DNA from: a virus
Lineage: Duplodnaviria; Caudoviricetes
Length of the DNA: 39,193 nt
IMG/VR virus record: IMGVR_UViG_3300016665_000452
Coordinates: 1 to 39,193 of that record
Reading direction: 5' to 3' (one strand)
In this document: one piece after another, positions 9,915 to 20,344 of the stretch
Layout of the letters: each line of letters opens with the position of its first letter
Numbering within the stretch: the stretch's first letter is position 1
Made by a program: the position numbers and the translations under genes
The notes under the pieces: generated by a model
Told to the model about the DNA's origin: nothing
Databases searched by the model: none
The model's input: only the letters and a program-made list of their open reading frames with translations

Positions 9915-10163
9915 ATGCGCGTGCGCTTCCTGCGCGGCACGGCCCTGGGGGGCGTCGGCAACGACGCCCACCCCGGCGACGAGCGCGATCTGCCTGCCCC
10001 GCAGGCGCACGCGCTCATCGCCGCCGGCCGCGCCGTGGCGGTGGCCGGCGAGCCGCCGCCGCTGCAGCAAGCGCTCGACGCCCTGGCCCAGGCGCAGGCC
10101 GCCATGGTCGCACCCACCCCCGCCGCCGCGCCCGCGCGCCGGCACCGCAAAGCGAAGGACTGA
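9915..10163 (+). CDS. Small head-associated protein
   Basis: 82-aa ORF directly after the capsid gene. Confidence 0.55.
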   Translation: MRVRFLRGTALGGVGNDAHPGDERDLPAPQAHALIAAGRAVAVAGEPPPLQQALDALAQAQAAMVAPTPAAAPARRHRKAKD

Positions 10164-10166
10164 CCC

Positions 10167-10796
10167 ATGGACATCATCGGCGACGCCACCCTCACCAACA
10201 TCCAGGCCCCGGCCCGCATCACCGCTGACGGCAGCAGCGCCGGCATCGACGCGCGCGCGCTCATCGGCCATGGCTGCCTCATCCTCACGTCCCGCAACAC
10301 CGCCGGCACCAACCCCACGCTCGCGCTGAAGCTGCAGGGCTCGCCCGACGTGGACCGCGTGACGAGCGTCACCCCTGGCAGCAACACCGGCACCGGCAAC
10401 TGCTTCGACGTCGTCGCCGGCCCCGACGCCATCGCCGAGACCATCACCCTGACCTTCAGCAACGCCACCACGGCGGCCGTCTCGGGCAGCGTCACCGGCA
10501 GCATGGGCAACGCCACAGTCGGCCAGCGCTTCAGCAACGCGCAGATCGCCTTCGACCTGGTCGCGGGCGGCACGGCCTTCACCAACGGCGACACCATTGC
10601 CATCGTCACCGCCGCGCGCACCTACAGCGACGTGGACGGCGGCGCCTTCACCAGCCTGACAGCCACCGCCAGCACGCAGAAGCGCAACCTGGACTTCGAC
10701 AAGCTGCCGCGCTACCTGCGGATGAACTACGACATCGGCGGCACCAACACGCCGGCCTTCACCGTGGCCGTCATGGCGCTCAGCGCCACCAACTGA
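10167..10796 (+). CDS. Putative head decoration/virion protein
   Basis: Thr/Gly/Ala-rich, beta-type sequence within the head module. Confidence 0.5.
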   Translation: MDIIGDATLTNIQAPARITADGSSAGIDARALIGHGCLILTSRNTAGTNPTLALKLQGSPDVDRVTSVTPGSNTGTGNCFDVVAGPDAIAETITLTFSNATTAAVSGSVTGSMGNATVGQRFSNAQIAFDLVAGGTAFTNGDTIAIVTAARTYSDVDGGAFTSLTATASTQKRNLDFDKLPRYLRMNYDIGGTNTPAFTVAVMALSATN

Positions 10797-10815
10797 CGCC
10801 CGCCCAGAGCCGCCC

Positions 10816-11109
10816 ATGTTCACCGAGCCCCTGGCCGCCTTCTTCCGCACCGCCGGCTTCGGCGTGGCGGTCACGCTCGACGGCCAGGCGCGGGAAGCCA
10901 TCTTCGACAACGAGCACCAGCTCGCCCCCTTCACCGCCGCCGCCGTCGGCGGCATGGCCACCAGCCAGCCCATGCTGACCCTGCCCACCGCCGACGTCCC
11001 CGCCAACCCGGTGGGCAAGGCCGCCGTCGTCGGCAGCACCACCTACACCATCGTCGAGCACCAGCCCGACGGCACCGGCGTCAGCCGCCTCATGCTGGAG
11101 CGCGCCTGA
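10816..11109 (+). CDS. Head-tail joining protein (gpFII-like)
   Basis: C-terminal YTIVEHQPDGTGVSRLML motif; synteny. Confidence 0.7.
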   Translation: MFTEPLAAFFRTAGFGVAVTLDGQAREAIFDNEHQLAPFTAAAVGGMATSQPMLTLPTADVPANPVGKAAVVGSTTYTIVEHQPDGTGVSRLMLERA

Positions 11110-11561
11110 TGTCCGCCCACCTGGCCATCCAGACGGCGCTGGTGGCGCTGCTCACGGCCAGCCCCGCGCTGGCCGGCGGCAACGTCAAGGCCAACTCGGT
11201 CCGCCCGGTGTCCGCGCAGCACAGCAGCGCCGTCGTCGTGCGCATGCTGCAGAGCCGCGCCGACACGCCCCGCGCCCTGGGCGCCGGCTACGAGTGGCAG
11301 ACGCAGCTCGCCGTCGAGTGCCTGGCGCGCGGCGCCAGCGCCGCCGCCGAGCCCGCCGCCACGGTGGACGCCCTGCTCGAGACCGCCTGGGCGCGCATCG
11401 CCGCCTGGCAGCCGGCCAGCAACCTCGGCGTGATCGACGTCCGCATGACCCCGCTGATCGACTGGCAGGTGGACGACGGCGAGACGCCGCTCGTGGCCGC
11501 CACCATCAGCCTGGTCGTGCAGCACCGCACCCAGGCCACCAGCCTGGCCGCCTGGCCCTGA
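11109..11561 (+). CDS. Tail terminator-like protein
   Basis: 150 aa, upstream of the tail tube gene; TGATG overlap with the previous gene. Confidence 0.55.
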   Translation: MSAHLAIQTALVALLTASPALAGGNVKANSVRPVSAQHSSAVVVRMLQSRADTPRALGAGYEWQTQLAVECLARGASAAAEPAATVDALLETAWARIAAWQPASNLGVIDVRMTPLIDWQVDDGETPLVAATISLVVQHRTQATSLAAWP

Positions 11562-11574
11562 CCCCGGAGCCCGC

Positions 11575-11754
11575 ATGCCCGCCAAGCCCGCCCCCGCCGC
11601 CCCGCCCGCCACGCCCCAGCGCGACGTGGCGCAACCCATCGGCACGCCCCCCGGCGCCGGCCGCTGGACGTGGGACATCGCCGCCCAGGCCTGGGCGCAA
11701 CTGCCTGACACCACCCCGGCGTCCGCCGCCGACCCGACCGCATCCAAGGAGTGA
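11575..11754 (+). CDS. Small hypothetical protein (59 aa; not in the ORF track)
   Basis: GGAG RBS, ATG at 11575, MPAKPAP...PPGAGRWTWD..., TGA at 11752-11754. Confidence 0.55.
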   Translation: MPAKPAPAAPPATPQRDVAQPIGTPPGAGRWTWDIAAQAWAQLPDTTPASAADPTASKE

Positions 11755-11759
11755 CCGAC

Positions 11760-12728
11760 ATGGGCCGCCTCATCCGCAAGACCGCCATCCTCGCCAAGCT
11801 CGAGACCGTCTACGGCACCGAGCCATCGCCCGCGCCCTCGGGCAGCTCGGACGCCGTGCTCGTGAGCAATGCGAGCTTCAGCATCAGCTACACCAACGTC
11901 AACCGCGACCTGATCCGCGCCACGCTCGGCGGCTCGGAGCAGCTGGCCGGCACGCGCTTCGTCGAGTGCTCGTTCGATGTCGAATTGGCCAACAGCGGCA
12001 CCGCCGGCACCGCGCCCGCCTGGTCCTCGCTGCTGCAGGCCTGCGGCTTCGCCGAGGCCCAGCTCACCACCCCGGCCCGAGTCGAGTTCACGCCGGTGTC
12101 GGCGTCCTTCAAGTCGCTGACCATCTACTACCACATCGACGGCACGCTGCGCAAGGCGCTGGGCTGCGTGGGCAATTGCGAAATCATGCTCAACGAGGGC
12201 GAGCGCCCCATGCTGAGGTTCACGTTCTCGGGCTTGGACGGCGGCGTGACTGCCACGGCCGACCCGAGCCTCACGCTCACCGCCTGGCGAGTGCCGAGCG
12301 TCGTCAGCGACGTCAACAGCGGCGACATCAACCTCGGCGCCACCTACAGCGCTGGCGCCCTGTCCAGCGGCACGTCCTACCCGAGCCGCGGCCTGCAGAT
12401 CAACGTGGGCAACACCATCGCCCGCAAGGCCATCCTCGGCGGCCAGGGCACCGAGATCACGCAGCGCGACGTCACCGGCTCCTGCCAGCTCGAGCTCAGC
12501 GCGGCGCAGGAGGCGTCGTTCCGCACCGACATCAACGCCAACACGACCACCAGCCTGGGCTTCAGCCACGGCGGCACCGGCGCCGGTGTCGGGATCATCC
12601 TGCACGCCCCGCGCGTGCAGCGCATCGACCCCAGCGACACGGACTACGAGGGCACCCTGCACACGTCGATGAACCTGCGCTTCGTGCCCAGCTCGGGCAA
12701 CGACGAGCTGCGCATCGTCTGCCTGTGA
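11760..12728 (+). CDS. Major tail (tube) protein
   Basis: AAGGAG RBS; AILAKLETVYGT and LLQACG motifs; precedes the chaperone pair. Confidence 0.8.
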   Translation: MGRLIRKTAILAKLETVYGTEPSPAPSGSSDAVLVSNASFSISYTNVNRDLIRATLGGSEQLAGTRFVECSFDVELANSGTAGTAPAWSSLLQACGFAEAQLTTPARVEFTPVSASFKSLTIYYHIDGTLRKALGCVGNCEIMLNEGERPMLRFTFSGLDGGVTATADPSLTLTAWRVPSVVSDVNSGDINLGATYSAGALSSGTSYPSRGLQINVGNTIARKAILGGQGTEITQRDVTGSCQLELSAAQEASFRTDINANTTTSLGFSHGGTGAGVGIILHAPRVQRIDPSDTDYEGTLHTSMNLRFVPSSGNDELRIVCL

Positions 12729-12785
12729 CGCGCCCGCCGCCGCCGCATGCAACCTGCCACCGCACACCTGAGCAACTGAGCACCC

Positions 12786-13124
12786 ATGGCCTTCAAGCTC
12801 GTCGTCTCCGACACCGTCACCGTCAGCGTCCAGGGCAAGCTGCCTGACGCTGCCGGCAAGCTGCAAGCCTTCAGCTTCAGCCTCACCGCGCGCCGCATGC
12901 CGCAGTCCGAGCTGTCGGCCACGCTCAAGCTGCAGGACGTCAGCTTCAGCGAGTGGCTGGCTGAGCGCATCACCGGCTGGTCCGGCGTCCTTGACGAGGA
13001 CGGCAACGAGGTGCCCTTCACCCCGGCGAACCTGGCGGTACTGCTCGACGTGGTCGGCATGGCCGGCCTCATCACCACCGCCTACCTGGAGAGCTGCGGC
13101 GCCCGGGGCCAGCAAAAAAACTGA
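12786..13124 (+). CDS. Tail assembly chaperone (G-like)
   Basis: ITGWSGVLDEDGNEVPF motif; ends at the slippery A AAA AAC just before the stop. Confidence 0.85.
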   Translation: MAFKLVVSDTVTVSVQGKLPDAAGKLQAFSFSLTARRMPQSELSATLKLQDVSFSEWLAERITGWSGVLDEDGNEVPFTPANLAVLLDVVGMAGLITTAYLESCGARGQQKN

Positions 13125-13516
13125 CGGAGGCGGCCCGTCTCCTCGCCCGCGGAGACCTGGACCTGAGCAACGAGGATGACGATGCCGCCGACGATCTGGA
13201 TGCCGCCCTCGCCGCCTTCGGCCTGGTCCTGGACCGCAGCGCCGAGGGCCGCCGCCCGCTCTTTTTCTTGCTCCCCGAGAACCGCGCCCCGCTCGACGCC
13301 TGGCTGCAGCTGCAGACGCAGTGGCGCGTCGGCGGCCTGGGCACGCCGACCGGCCTGGACTACGCGGGCATCGAAGCCTGGATGCGCGTCACCGGCCGCG
13401 CCGGCAACCCGCGCCGCGCGCGCCGCCTGCTGCAAGACCTGCAGCTCATGGAGCGCGTCACCCTCAACGAATGGGCCGACCGCGCGCAGCGCGAGAGCGC
13501 CCGCACGCGCCGCTGA
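13121..13516 (+). CDS. Tail assembly chaperone -1 frameshift extension (T-like, DUF1799-like)
   Basis: The -1 frame is open from 13121 to TGA 13516 and contains LQTQWRVGG...GLDY. Confidence 0.8.
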   Translation: MTEAARLLARGDLDLSNEDDDAADDLDAALAAFGLVLDRSAEGRRPLFFLLPENRAPLDAWLQLQTQWRVGGLGTPTGLDYAGIEAWMRVTGRAGNPRRARRLLQDLQLMERVTLNEWADRAQRESARTRR

Positions 13517-13533
13517 GACCAGGAGCGCCCCCC

Positions 13534-16500
13534 GTGGCTGAACAGATCGGCATCAAGCTCGCGCTCGACGGCGCAGGCGCCGTCCAGTCCGGCCTGCGCA
13601 ACGTCAGCGACGCCCTGGGCAACCTGGGCACCCGCACGCTCAGCGTGGCCGACGCCTTCAAGAGCCTGGCGCCCGCCCTCGCCGCAAGCCTGAGCGTGGG
13701 TGCCATCACCGCCTGGGCGCGCGGCGCGGTCAACGCCATCGACGCCATGAACGACCTGGCCGACGCCACCGGCGCCACGGTCGAGCAAATCAGCGCGCTG
13801 GACGGCTTCGCCAGGCGCACCGGCACCACGCTGGACAGCGTGGGCGGCATCCTGGTCAAGTTCAATGCCGTGCTGAACCAGACGGCCGGCGCCGACAACG
13901 GCATCAGCCAGGCCCTGCGCGCCATCGGCCTCGACACCGCCGCCCTGCGCCGTGCTGACCCGGTGCAGGCCCTGCAGCAGACCGCCCAGGCCCTGGCCAA
14001 CTACGCCGACGACGCCAACAAGGCGCGCCTCGTGCAAGAGCTGTTCGGCAAGAGCATCCGCGAGGCCGCGCCCATCCTGAAAGACCTGGCCGAGGCCGGG
14101 CAGCTCAACGCCACGGTGACGGCCAGGCAGGCGGCTGAGGCTGAGAAGTTCAATCGCACCCTGGCGCAGTTCAAGGCAAATGCCGAGGACGCCGGCCGAG
14201 CTGTCATCAACGCGCTGTTGCCTAGCTTCAACGACCTGCTGCAGCGTCTGAACGCTGCGCGTGAGGCGTTTGGGAGCCTGAGCGAGTTCTTTCAATCTGC
14301 CATGACAGGGCAGGGCCTGTTCAACTTCAGCGACCCCGCCGCCGGCTACCAAGAGTACACCCGCCGCATTGCCGAGCTTGACGCCAAGCTCGCCGACACG
14401 CGCATCAGGCGCTCGGCCTACGAGCTGCAAGGCCTGCGAAAGCACCGCGAGGAACTCGAGCGTTACCAGTCCTACTACGGCCGCCTGGCCAACATGCAAG
14501 GCGCCTTTGGCGCCGGCGCTGGCCGCGGCGGTGACCCACGCGCTGGCGCAAACCGCCCCGCGCCCTCCGTCCCAGACCTTGCACGCCTCAACGACGCACA
14601 GCGCGCCCGCCAGACCGAGCTCGACATCCGCGCCGCGCAAGACCTGGCGCGGCAGCGCCGCGTCGATCAAGCCGAGCAGGAGGCCGACGCCGCCGCGCGC
14701 CAACGCATGGCCGACGAGCGCAAGCGCGAGGAGTCCTACGCCGAATGGCTGATGCAGGAGGGCGACGAGGTCGCCCGCACGCTCATCGAGCACGAGAAGA
14801 TGGTGGCCGACTACGCGCGCAAGATGGAAGAAGCCCGCATGGCCGAGCTGCGCATCCGCGCCGACCAGCAGCTAGCCGCCATCCAGCGCACCGACCAGGC
14901 GCAGGCCGAGGCCGACGCGGCTGCCGCGCGTGCCGCGCAAGAGCGCCTGGATGCAGACGCCCGCGAAAGCCTGGCAGCCGCCCAGCGCTACGACGACGCA
15001 GTCAACGCCGCCGAGGAAGCCTTCCGCCGACAGTCCGCCAGCTATGCCGAGTACCTGCTCACCCTGGCCGACGACACCGCCCGCGCCCTGATCCAACTCA
15101 ACCAGTACGAGGCCGACTGGCTCAAGCAAGACGACGAGCAGCGCCGCCAGCGCGAGGCCTCCTACGCCGAGTACCTGCTCGACGTGCAGGACGACGTCAC
15201 CCGCACGCATATCGCCGACGCCCAGGCCGTGCAGCGCTACCTCGACGACAACACCGAGGCCCGCACCCGCGCGCTGCAGACTCTGGGTGAGCGCATCGCG
15301 CAGATGCGCGCCGAAGCCCAAGCCACCGAACTGGCCGCCGAGCAGTCCATCAGCCTGGCTGAGGCCATCGAAATGATCTCCATCGCGCGCCTGCGCGAGC
15401 AGCAAAGCATGTACCGCCAGGGCAGCGAGGGCTGGCGCGAGGTGCAGGCCGAAATCGACGCCCGCCTCGAGCTGCTGCGCCTGATGGGCGAGCAGCGGGT
15501 GCGCGATGCCAACCTGCGCGCGGCACAGGAGGCCGCCAACGCCTGGCAACGCACGGTCGACCAGATCAGCCAATCCCTCGCCGACGCCCTCATGAACGGC
15601 GGCATGAAAGCCGGCGCGGCGCTCAAGAACTACTTCCGCACCCTCATCCTCCAACCCATCATCCGCGCCGCCGTCGACCCCATCGCGCGCGGCATCACCG
15701 GCGCCCTGGGCCTGGCCGGCGCGGCCAATCCTGCAGCGGCCAGCGGTGGCGGTGGCGGCCTGGGCGGCATCGGCAGCATCTTCAGCGGGCTCAGCAGCAT
15801 TGGCAGCTCGCTCGGCTTCATCGGCTCCGGCGCCAGCATGACGATGGCTGGCCAGGCCATCCCCGCCTTCCAGGCCGCAGGCGCGGCCATGTCCGGCGGC
15901 AGCATCGGCGCCGGCCTGGGCATCGGCCTGGGCGCCGCGCTGCCCTTCCTTGCGCTGGGCGGCATCCTGGCTGCCGGGTTCAGCCGCAAACTGAAAGACC
16001 AAGGCCTCGAAGGCACCTTCGGCGCGCGCGGCTTCGAGGGCAGCCAGTACCAGTTTTACAAAGGCGGCTTTCTGCGCTCGGACAAGACGGTCCTGTCCGC
16101 GGTCACGCCCGGCCTGCAGGCCCTGCTGAACGACACCTTCGTCAGCGCGCGCGCCAACATCGGCACCATGGCGCGGGAGCTGGGCTTGGCCACCGATGCG
16201 CTGGCGGGCTTCAGCAAGGACATCAAGCTGTCCTTCATGGGCCTGACCGAGGAGCAGATCCAGCAGAAGCTCGCGCAAGAGCTCGGCCTGGTGGCCGACG
16301 AGATGGCGCGCCTGGTGGCCGGAAGTGACGCCACCGCCGACAGCCTGCAGCAGCTCTACCAGGCCGTGATGTCCGAGCGCAGCCAGCTCGAGCAGCGCCT
16401 GCTGCAACTGCAAGGCGACACCGCCGAGATCCGCCGCCGCGAGCGCGAGAGCCTGCACGAGACCAACCGCGCCCTGTACGACCGCATCACCGCGCTCGAG

Positions 16501-18255
16501 GACGAGCAGGCCGCCGTCGCCAAGCTCAACGCCGAAATCGCGCAGCGCATCAGCACCCTGCAAGGCGAGCTGCAGCAAGCCGAGTCCGAGCGCCTGGGCA
16601 TCGCCCAGCGCGTCATCAGCGAGCGCACCGCCCTCGAGCAGCGCCTGCTGCAGGCGCAGGGCAACACCGCCGCCCTGCGCGAGCGCGAGCTTCAAGCCCT
16701 GGACCCGCTCAACCGCGCCTTTGCGCGCTTCGTCCTGGCTGCAGAAGACGCGGCCGCTGCGGCCGGCACGGCTGCGCAGAACGTGGCCGCGCTGGCTGGG
16801 GCGGGGCAGGGCATCGCGCAATTCGTCACGCAACTGCGCGCCGGCGGCTCCACTGCAACGCCCAGCCCCGCGGCTGCCCGATCGGCCTACGCCGCCACGC
16901 TCAGCCTGGCGCGCGCCGGCAACGCTGAGGCGTCAGGCCGCATCACCAGCGAGGCACAGACCCTCATCGCTGCCGTCACGGCCCGCGCGCGCAGCGCCGC
17001 AGAGGTGCGCGCCATCACCGCCCAGGTCGCCGCCGAGCTCGAGGCGCTGCCCGCCGTCCAGAGCTGGCAGGACCAACAGGCCGCGCTGCTTCAGCAGATC
17101 AGCAGCAACACCAGCGACAGCACCACGCTGACCCGCGCCCTGGTCGACGCTACGGCCGCCGGCTTTGCCCGCTTGGACCTTACCGCCGATGGCCTGCTGA
17201 CCTTCGGCGAGCTGCAGGCCGGCCTGGGCAACTTGGCCAGCGCAGAGCAGATCCGTGCGCTGATCGCCCAAGTGGACACCAACGCCGACGGCCAAATCAG
17301 CGAGCTCGAGCTTCTGGGCGCACTCACTGACGACGTGAGCCGCAACACCTTCGACACCGCCGCGGAGACGGAGAAAACCGTCGCCCAGATGCGGTCGCTA
17401 GTCACCGAAACCATCGTCAACAGCGGGAAGCTGACCACGCTCAACACGTCCATTGGTTCGCTCACCAATGCGCTGACGGCAGCTAACGAGCAGCAGCGCG
17501 TGCAGCGCCAAATTGAACTGCTGCAGACCCAGGGCACGGGCGCGGCGAGCGCGCTGGGTCGGTTGTCATCTCAGTACGAAACCTCGCGTGCCGAAGCGAT
17601 GCAGCGCTATGTCGACATCTACGGCGCAGGCTGGACCAGCGAGGTCTTGAACAACGGGCTCGAAGGTCTGACACCTGGAACGCCTGAGTATCTGGAAGGA
17701 CTGGTCAAGCGCCTGAACCAACTGAACCAGCTTACGTCGTTTGCATTTGGCACCCGCTTGGAGCTGCCTACGTCCGCACAGGTACAAGCTGGGCAACTGG
17801 GGTATCGCGCCAGCGTGACCCCGGGCACCGCGCCGCAGTCCTACATCACCACGGTGCAAAACGCCCTGGCCGGCCGCACGCCGTTGCAAACTGCGGCCCA
17901 AGAACTCGAAGCTTTGCGCCAACAAATCCGCAACCTCGGCGGCGTCCCCGCCTTCGCCACCGGCGGCCTGCACTCCGGCGGCCTGCGCCTCGTCGGCGAG
18001 CGCGGCCCCGAGCTCGAGGTCACCGGCCCCGCGCGCTACTGGAGCGCCGCCGACACCACCTCCATGCTCGGCAACAGCCAGCGGCGTGAGGAGCTGCTCG
18101 CCGCCGAAATCCGCGCCCTGCGCGCCGAGGTCGCCGGCCTGCGTGCCGAGACCCGCGCCACCGCCGAGAACACCGGCAAGACCCGCCGCCTGTGGGAGCG
18201 CGTCACCCGCGACGGCGAATCCATGCAGGTGACCGACGTCACCCCGGCCCCATGA
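13534..18255 (+). CDS. Tail tape measure protein
   Basis: AGGAG RBS with GTG at 13534; ~1570-aa Ala-rich helical protein; C-terminal FATGG...VGERGPEL. Confidence 0.9.
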   Translation: MAEQIGIKLALDGAGAVQSGLRNVSDALGNLGTRTLSVADAFKSLAPALAASLSVGAITAWARGAVNAIDAMNDLADATGATVEQISALDGFARRTGTTLDSVGGILVKFNAVLNQTAGADNGISQALRAIGLDTAALRRADPVQALQQTAQALANYADDANKARLVQELFGKSIREAAPILKDLAEAGQLNATVTARQAAEAEKFNRTLAQFKANAEDAGRAVINALLPSFNDLLQRLNAAREAFGSLSEFFQSAMTGQGLFNFSDPAAGYQEYTRRIAELDAKLADTRIRRSAYELQGLRKHREELERYQSYYGRLANMQGAFGAGAGRGGDPRAGANRPAPSVPDLARLNDAQRARQTELDIRAAQDLARQRRVDQAEQEADAAARQRMADERKREESYAEWLMQEGDEVARTLIEHEKMVADYARKMEEARMAELRIRADQQLAAIQRTDQAQAEADAAAARAAQERLDADARESLAAAQRYDDAVNAAEEAFRRQSASYAEYLLTLADDTARALIQLNQYEADWLKQDDEQRRQREASYAEYLLDVQDDVTRTHIADAQAVQRYLDDNTEARTRALQTLGERIAQMRAEAQATELAAEQSISLAEAIEMISIARLREQQSMYRQGSEGWREVQAEIDARLELLRLMGEQRVRDANLRAAQEAANAWQRTVDQISQSLADALMNGGMKAGAALKNYFRTLILQPIIRAAVDPIARGITGALGLAGAANPAAASGGGGGLGGIGSIFSGLSSIGSSLGFIGSGASMTMAGQAIPAFQAAGAAMSGGSIGAGLGIGLGAALPFLALGGILAAGFSRKLKDQGLEGTFGARGFEGSQYQFYKGGFLRSDKTVLSAVTPGLQALLNDTFVSARANIGTMARELGLATDALAGFSKDIKLSFMGLTEEQIQQKLAQELGLVADEMARLVAGSDATADSLQQLYQAVMSERSQLEQRLLQLQGDTAEIRRRERESLHETNRALYDRITALEDEQAAVAKLNAEIAQRISTLQGELQQAESERLGIAQRVISERTALEQRLLQAQGNTAALRERELQALDPLNRAFARFVLAAEDAAAAAGTAAQNVAALAGAGQGIAQFVTQLRAGGSTATPSPAAARSAYAATLSLARAGNAEASGRITSEAQTLIAAVTARARSAAEVRAITAQVAAELEALPAVQSWQDQQAALLQQISSNTSDSTTLTRALVDATAAGFARLDLTADGLLTFGELQAGLGNLASAEQIRALIAQVDTNADGQISELELLGALTDDVSRNTFDTAAETEKTVAQMRSLVTETIVNSGKLTTLNTSIGSLTNALTAANEQQRVQRQIELLQTQGTGAASALGRLSSQYETSRAEAMQRYVDIYGAGWTSEVLNNGLEGLTPGTPEYLEGLVKRLNQLNQLTSFAFGTRLELPTSAQVQAGQLGYRASVTPGTAPQSYITTVQNALAGRTPLQTAAQELEALRQQIRNLGGVPAFATGGLHSGGLRLVGERGPELEVTGPARYWSAADTTSMLGNSQRREELLAAEIRALRAEVAGLRAETRATAENTGKTRRLWERVTRDGESMQVTDVTPAP

Positions 18256-18295
18256 CCGCCACCGGCCCACGCCACGCCCACCCGCAGGCCCGCCC

Positions 18296-19183
18296 ATGAA
18301 AGTCATCAAGCCGGTCACCTTCGACGCCCCGACGCACTTTGTGTCGAGCACCGCCACCGAGGTGCACGCCGCCTACAACCCGGCCACCACCTACGCCAAG
18401 GACGCCTTCGTCGACTACGGCACCCACATCTACCAGAGCCTCGTCAACAGCAACACCGGCAACCAGCCCGACATCAGCCCCACGCAGTGGGTGCTCATCG
18501 GCCCGGACAACACGCACGCGATGTTTGACGACCAGACGAGCACCGCCACCACCAGCACCAGCCCGCTCACCGTCGTCCTCGACACCGGCTTGTGCAACAG
18601 CCTGGGCCTGCTCGGCCTGGTGGGATCGCAGGTCGTCGTCACCGTGAAGGACGACACCGGCGGCAACGTCGTCTATTCCAAGACCATCAGCCTGGACGGC
18701 ACCTTCATCTACGACTGGTATCAATACTTCTTCGAGCCCTACGTCCAAATCGGCGAGGTGGTATTGACCGACCTGCCGCCCTACCTCACGGCCGAGCTCA
18801 CGGTATCCCTCACCGGCACCGGCACCATCCAGATCGGCACCCTCACGTGGGGCACCCAGTACGACCTGGGCGACGCCGAATACGGCGCCGGCCTGGGCAT
18901 CATCGATTACTCCAAGAAGGAGACCGATGAATTCGGCGTGACCACGTTTGTCCGCCGCGATTTCAGCAAGCGCCTGACCGCGCGGCTCATGCTGCCCAAC
19001 ACCCAGATCAACCGCGTCCAGCGCGTCCTGGCCGACCTGCGCGCCCAGCCCGCCATCTGGGTCACCAGCGACGTACCCGACCTGGCGCCGCTCACGGTCT
19101 ACGGTTTTTTCCGCGACTTCGCCATCGAAGTGGCCTACCCCACCGAGAGCTTCTGCAGCCTCGAGATCGAGGGCCTGACCTGA
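18296..19183 (+). CDS. Tail tip/distal tail protein
   Basis: Follows the tape measure gene; GIIDYSKKETDEFG motif. Confidence 0.6.
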   Translation: MKVIKPVTFDAPTHFVSSTATEVHAAYNPATTYAKDAFVDYGTHIYQSLVNSNTGNQPDISPTQWVLIGPDNTHAMFDDQTSTATTSTSPLTVVLDTGLCNSLGLLGLVGSQVVVTVKDDTGGNVVYSKTISLDGTFIYDWYQYFFEPYVQIGEVVLTDLPPYLTAELTVSLTGTGTIQIGTLTWGTQYDLGDAEYGAGLGIIDYSKKETDEFGVTTFVRRDFSKRLTARLMLPNTQINRVQRVLADLRAQPAIWVTSDVPDLAPLTVYGFFRDFAIEVAYPTESFCSLEIEGLT

Positions 19184-19234
19184 TGCCCCCGCGCCGCCCC
19201 GCCTGACCGCCCACCGCCAGCGAGCCCCGCCACC

Positions 19235-20272
19235 ATGCCCACCGCCCCGACCCCCATCACCCCGCTGCCCACCGCGCCCAGCCGCGCCGACCCGGCCAAC
19301 TTTCCGGCCCGGGCTGATGCGTTCCTGACTGCGCTGGGCACCTTCGGCACGCAGCTCAATGCTGCCGCCACCGTCGCCTACAACAACGCGGTGGAGTCTG
19401 ACCAGGACGCCTCAGCCGCCGACAGCCACCGCATCGCCGCCGCCGCCAGCGCCAGCGCCGCCGCCGCGTCGGCCCTGACGGCTGTCAACGCCCCAGGCAG
19501 CCAAGGCACCAGCACCACCAGCCACAACATCAGCACGGGCAGCAAGACCTTCACCACGCAATCCGGCAAGAGCTGGATCGTCGGCCAGTGGGTGCTCATC
19601 AGCAACAGCGCCAGCGCGGCCAACTACATGGTGGGCTACATCACCGCATACAGCGGCACCTCACTCACCGTGGACGTGCAGAGCACGGCCGGCAGCGGCA
19701 CCGGCGTGGCCACGTGGAACATCAGCCTCGCCGCACCCAGCACCGACGCCGTGCTCAACGCGCAGCTCGTGCAGCACATCCAGCACGCGCTGGACCTGGC
19801 GGGCATTGCCGCGCGCCGTGCCGTCGCGGCCGATGTGGCCGGCACCGCGCACGAGGAGGTGCTCATCCGCCACATCAACCACCTGGCCGACCTGGTGGGC
19901 GTGGTGGCGCGCGCCATCAGCGGCGGCGACATCATCGTGCGCCGCGGCACCGTGGGCGACCCGTCCATCCACATCGCGGACGACCAAGACACCGGCATGT
20001 GGAGCCCCGGCGCTGACGCGCTGGCCTGGTCCGTGGGCGGTGTGCAAGGCATGCGCCTCACGGCCGACCGCCGGCTCGGCCTGGGTGACAACAACAACAC
20101 GCCCACCGGCGTGCTGGACGTGGCCGACAACAAGCTGCGCGTGCGCACCGCGCAAACCCCCGCCAGCACCGGCGCCGCCGGCAACCAGGGCGAGATCGCC
20201 TGGGATGCGAACTACGTCTACGTCTGCGTCGCCACCAACTCGTGGAAGCGCGCCGCCATCGCCACCTGGTAA
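19235..20272 (+). CDS. Tail fibre-like protein
   Basis: N-terminal APSRADPANFPARADAF, a Ser/Thr-rich region, and C-terminal GNQGEIAWDANYVYVCVATNSWKR. Confidence 0.7.
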   Translation: MPTAPTPITPLPTAPSRADPANFPARADAFLTALGTFGTQLNAAATVAYNNAVESDQDASAADSHRIAAAASASAAAASALTAVNAPGSQGTSTTSHNISTGSKTFTTQSGKSWIVGQWVLISNSASAANYMVGYITAYSGTSLTVDVQSTAGSGTGVATWNISLAAPSTDAVLNAQLVQHIQHALDLAGIAARRAVAADVAGTAHEEVLIRHINHLADLVGVVARAISGGDIIVRRGTVGDPSIHIADDQDTGMWSPGADALAWSVGGVQGMRLTADRRLGLGDNNNTPTGVLDVADNKLRVRTAQTPASTGAAGNQGEIAWDANYVYVCVATNSWKRAAIATW

Positions 20273-20344
20273 GCCCCGCGCCGCCTCATCCAGCCACCCC
20301 TGCACACCGAACGCCCGCCACCCACCACCGCAAGGCCACCCCTC

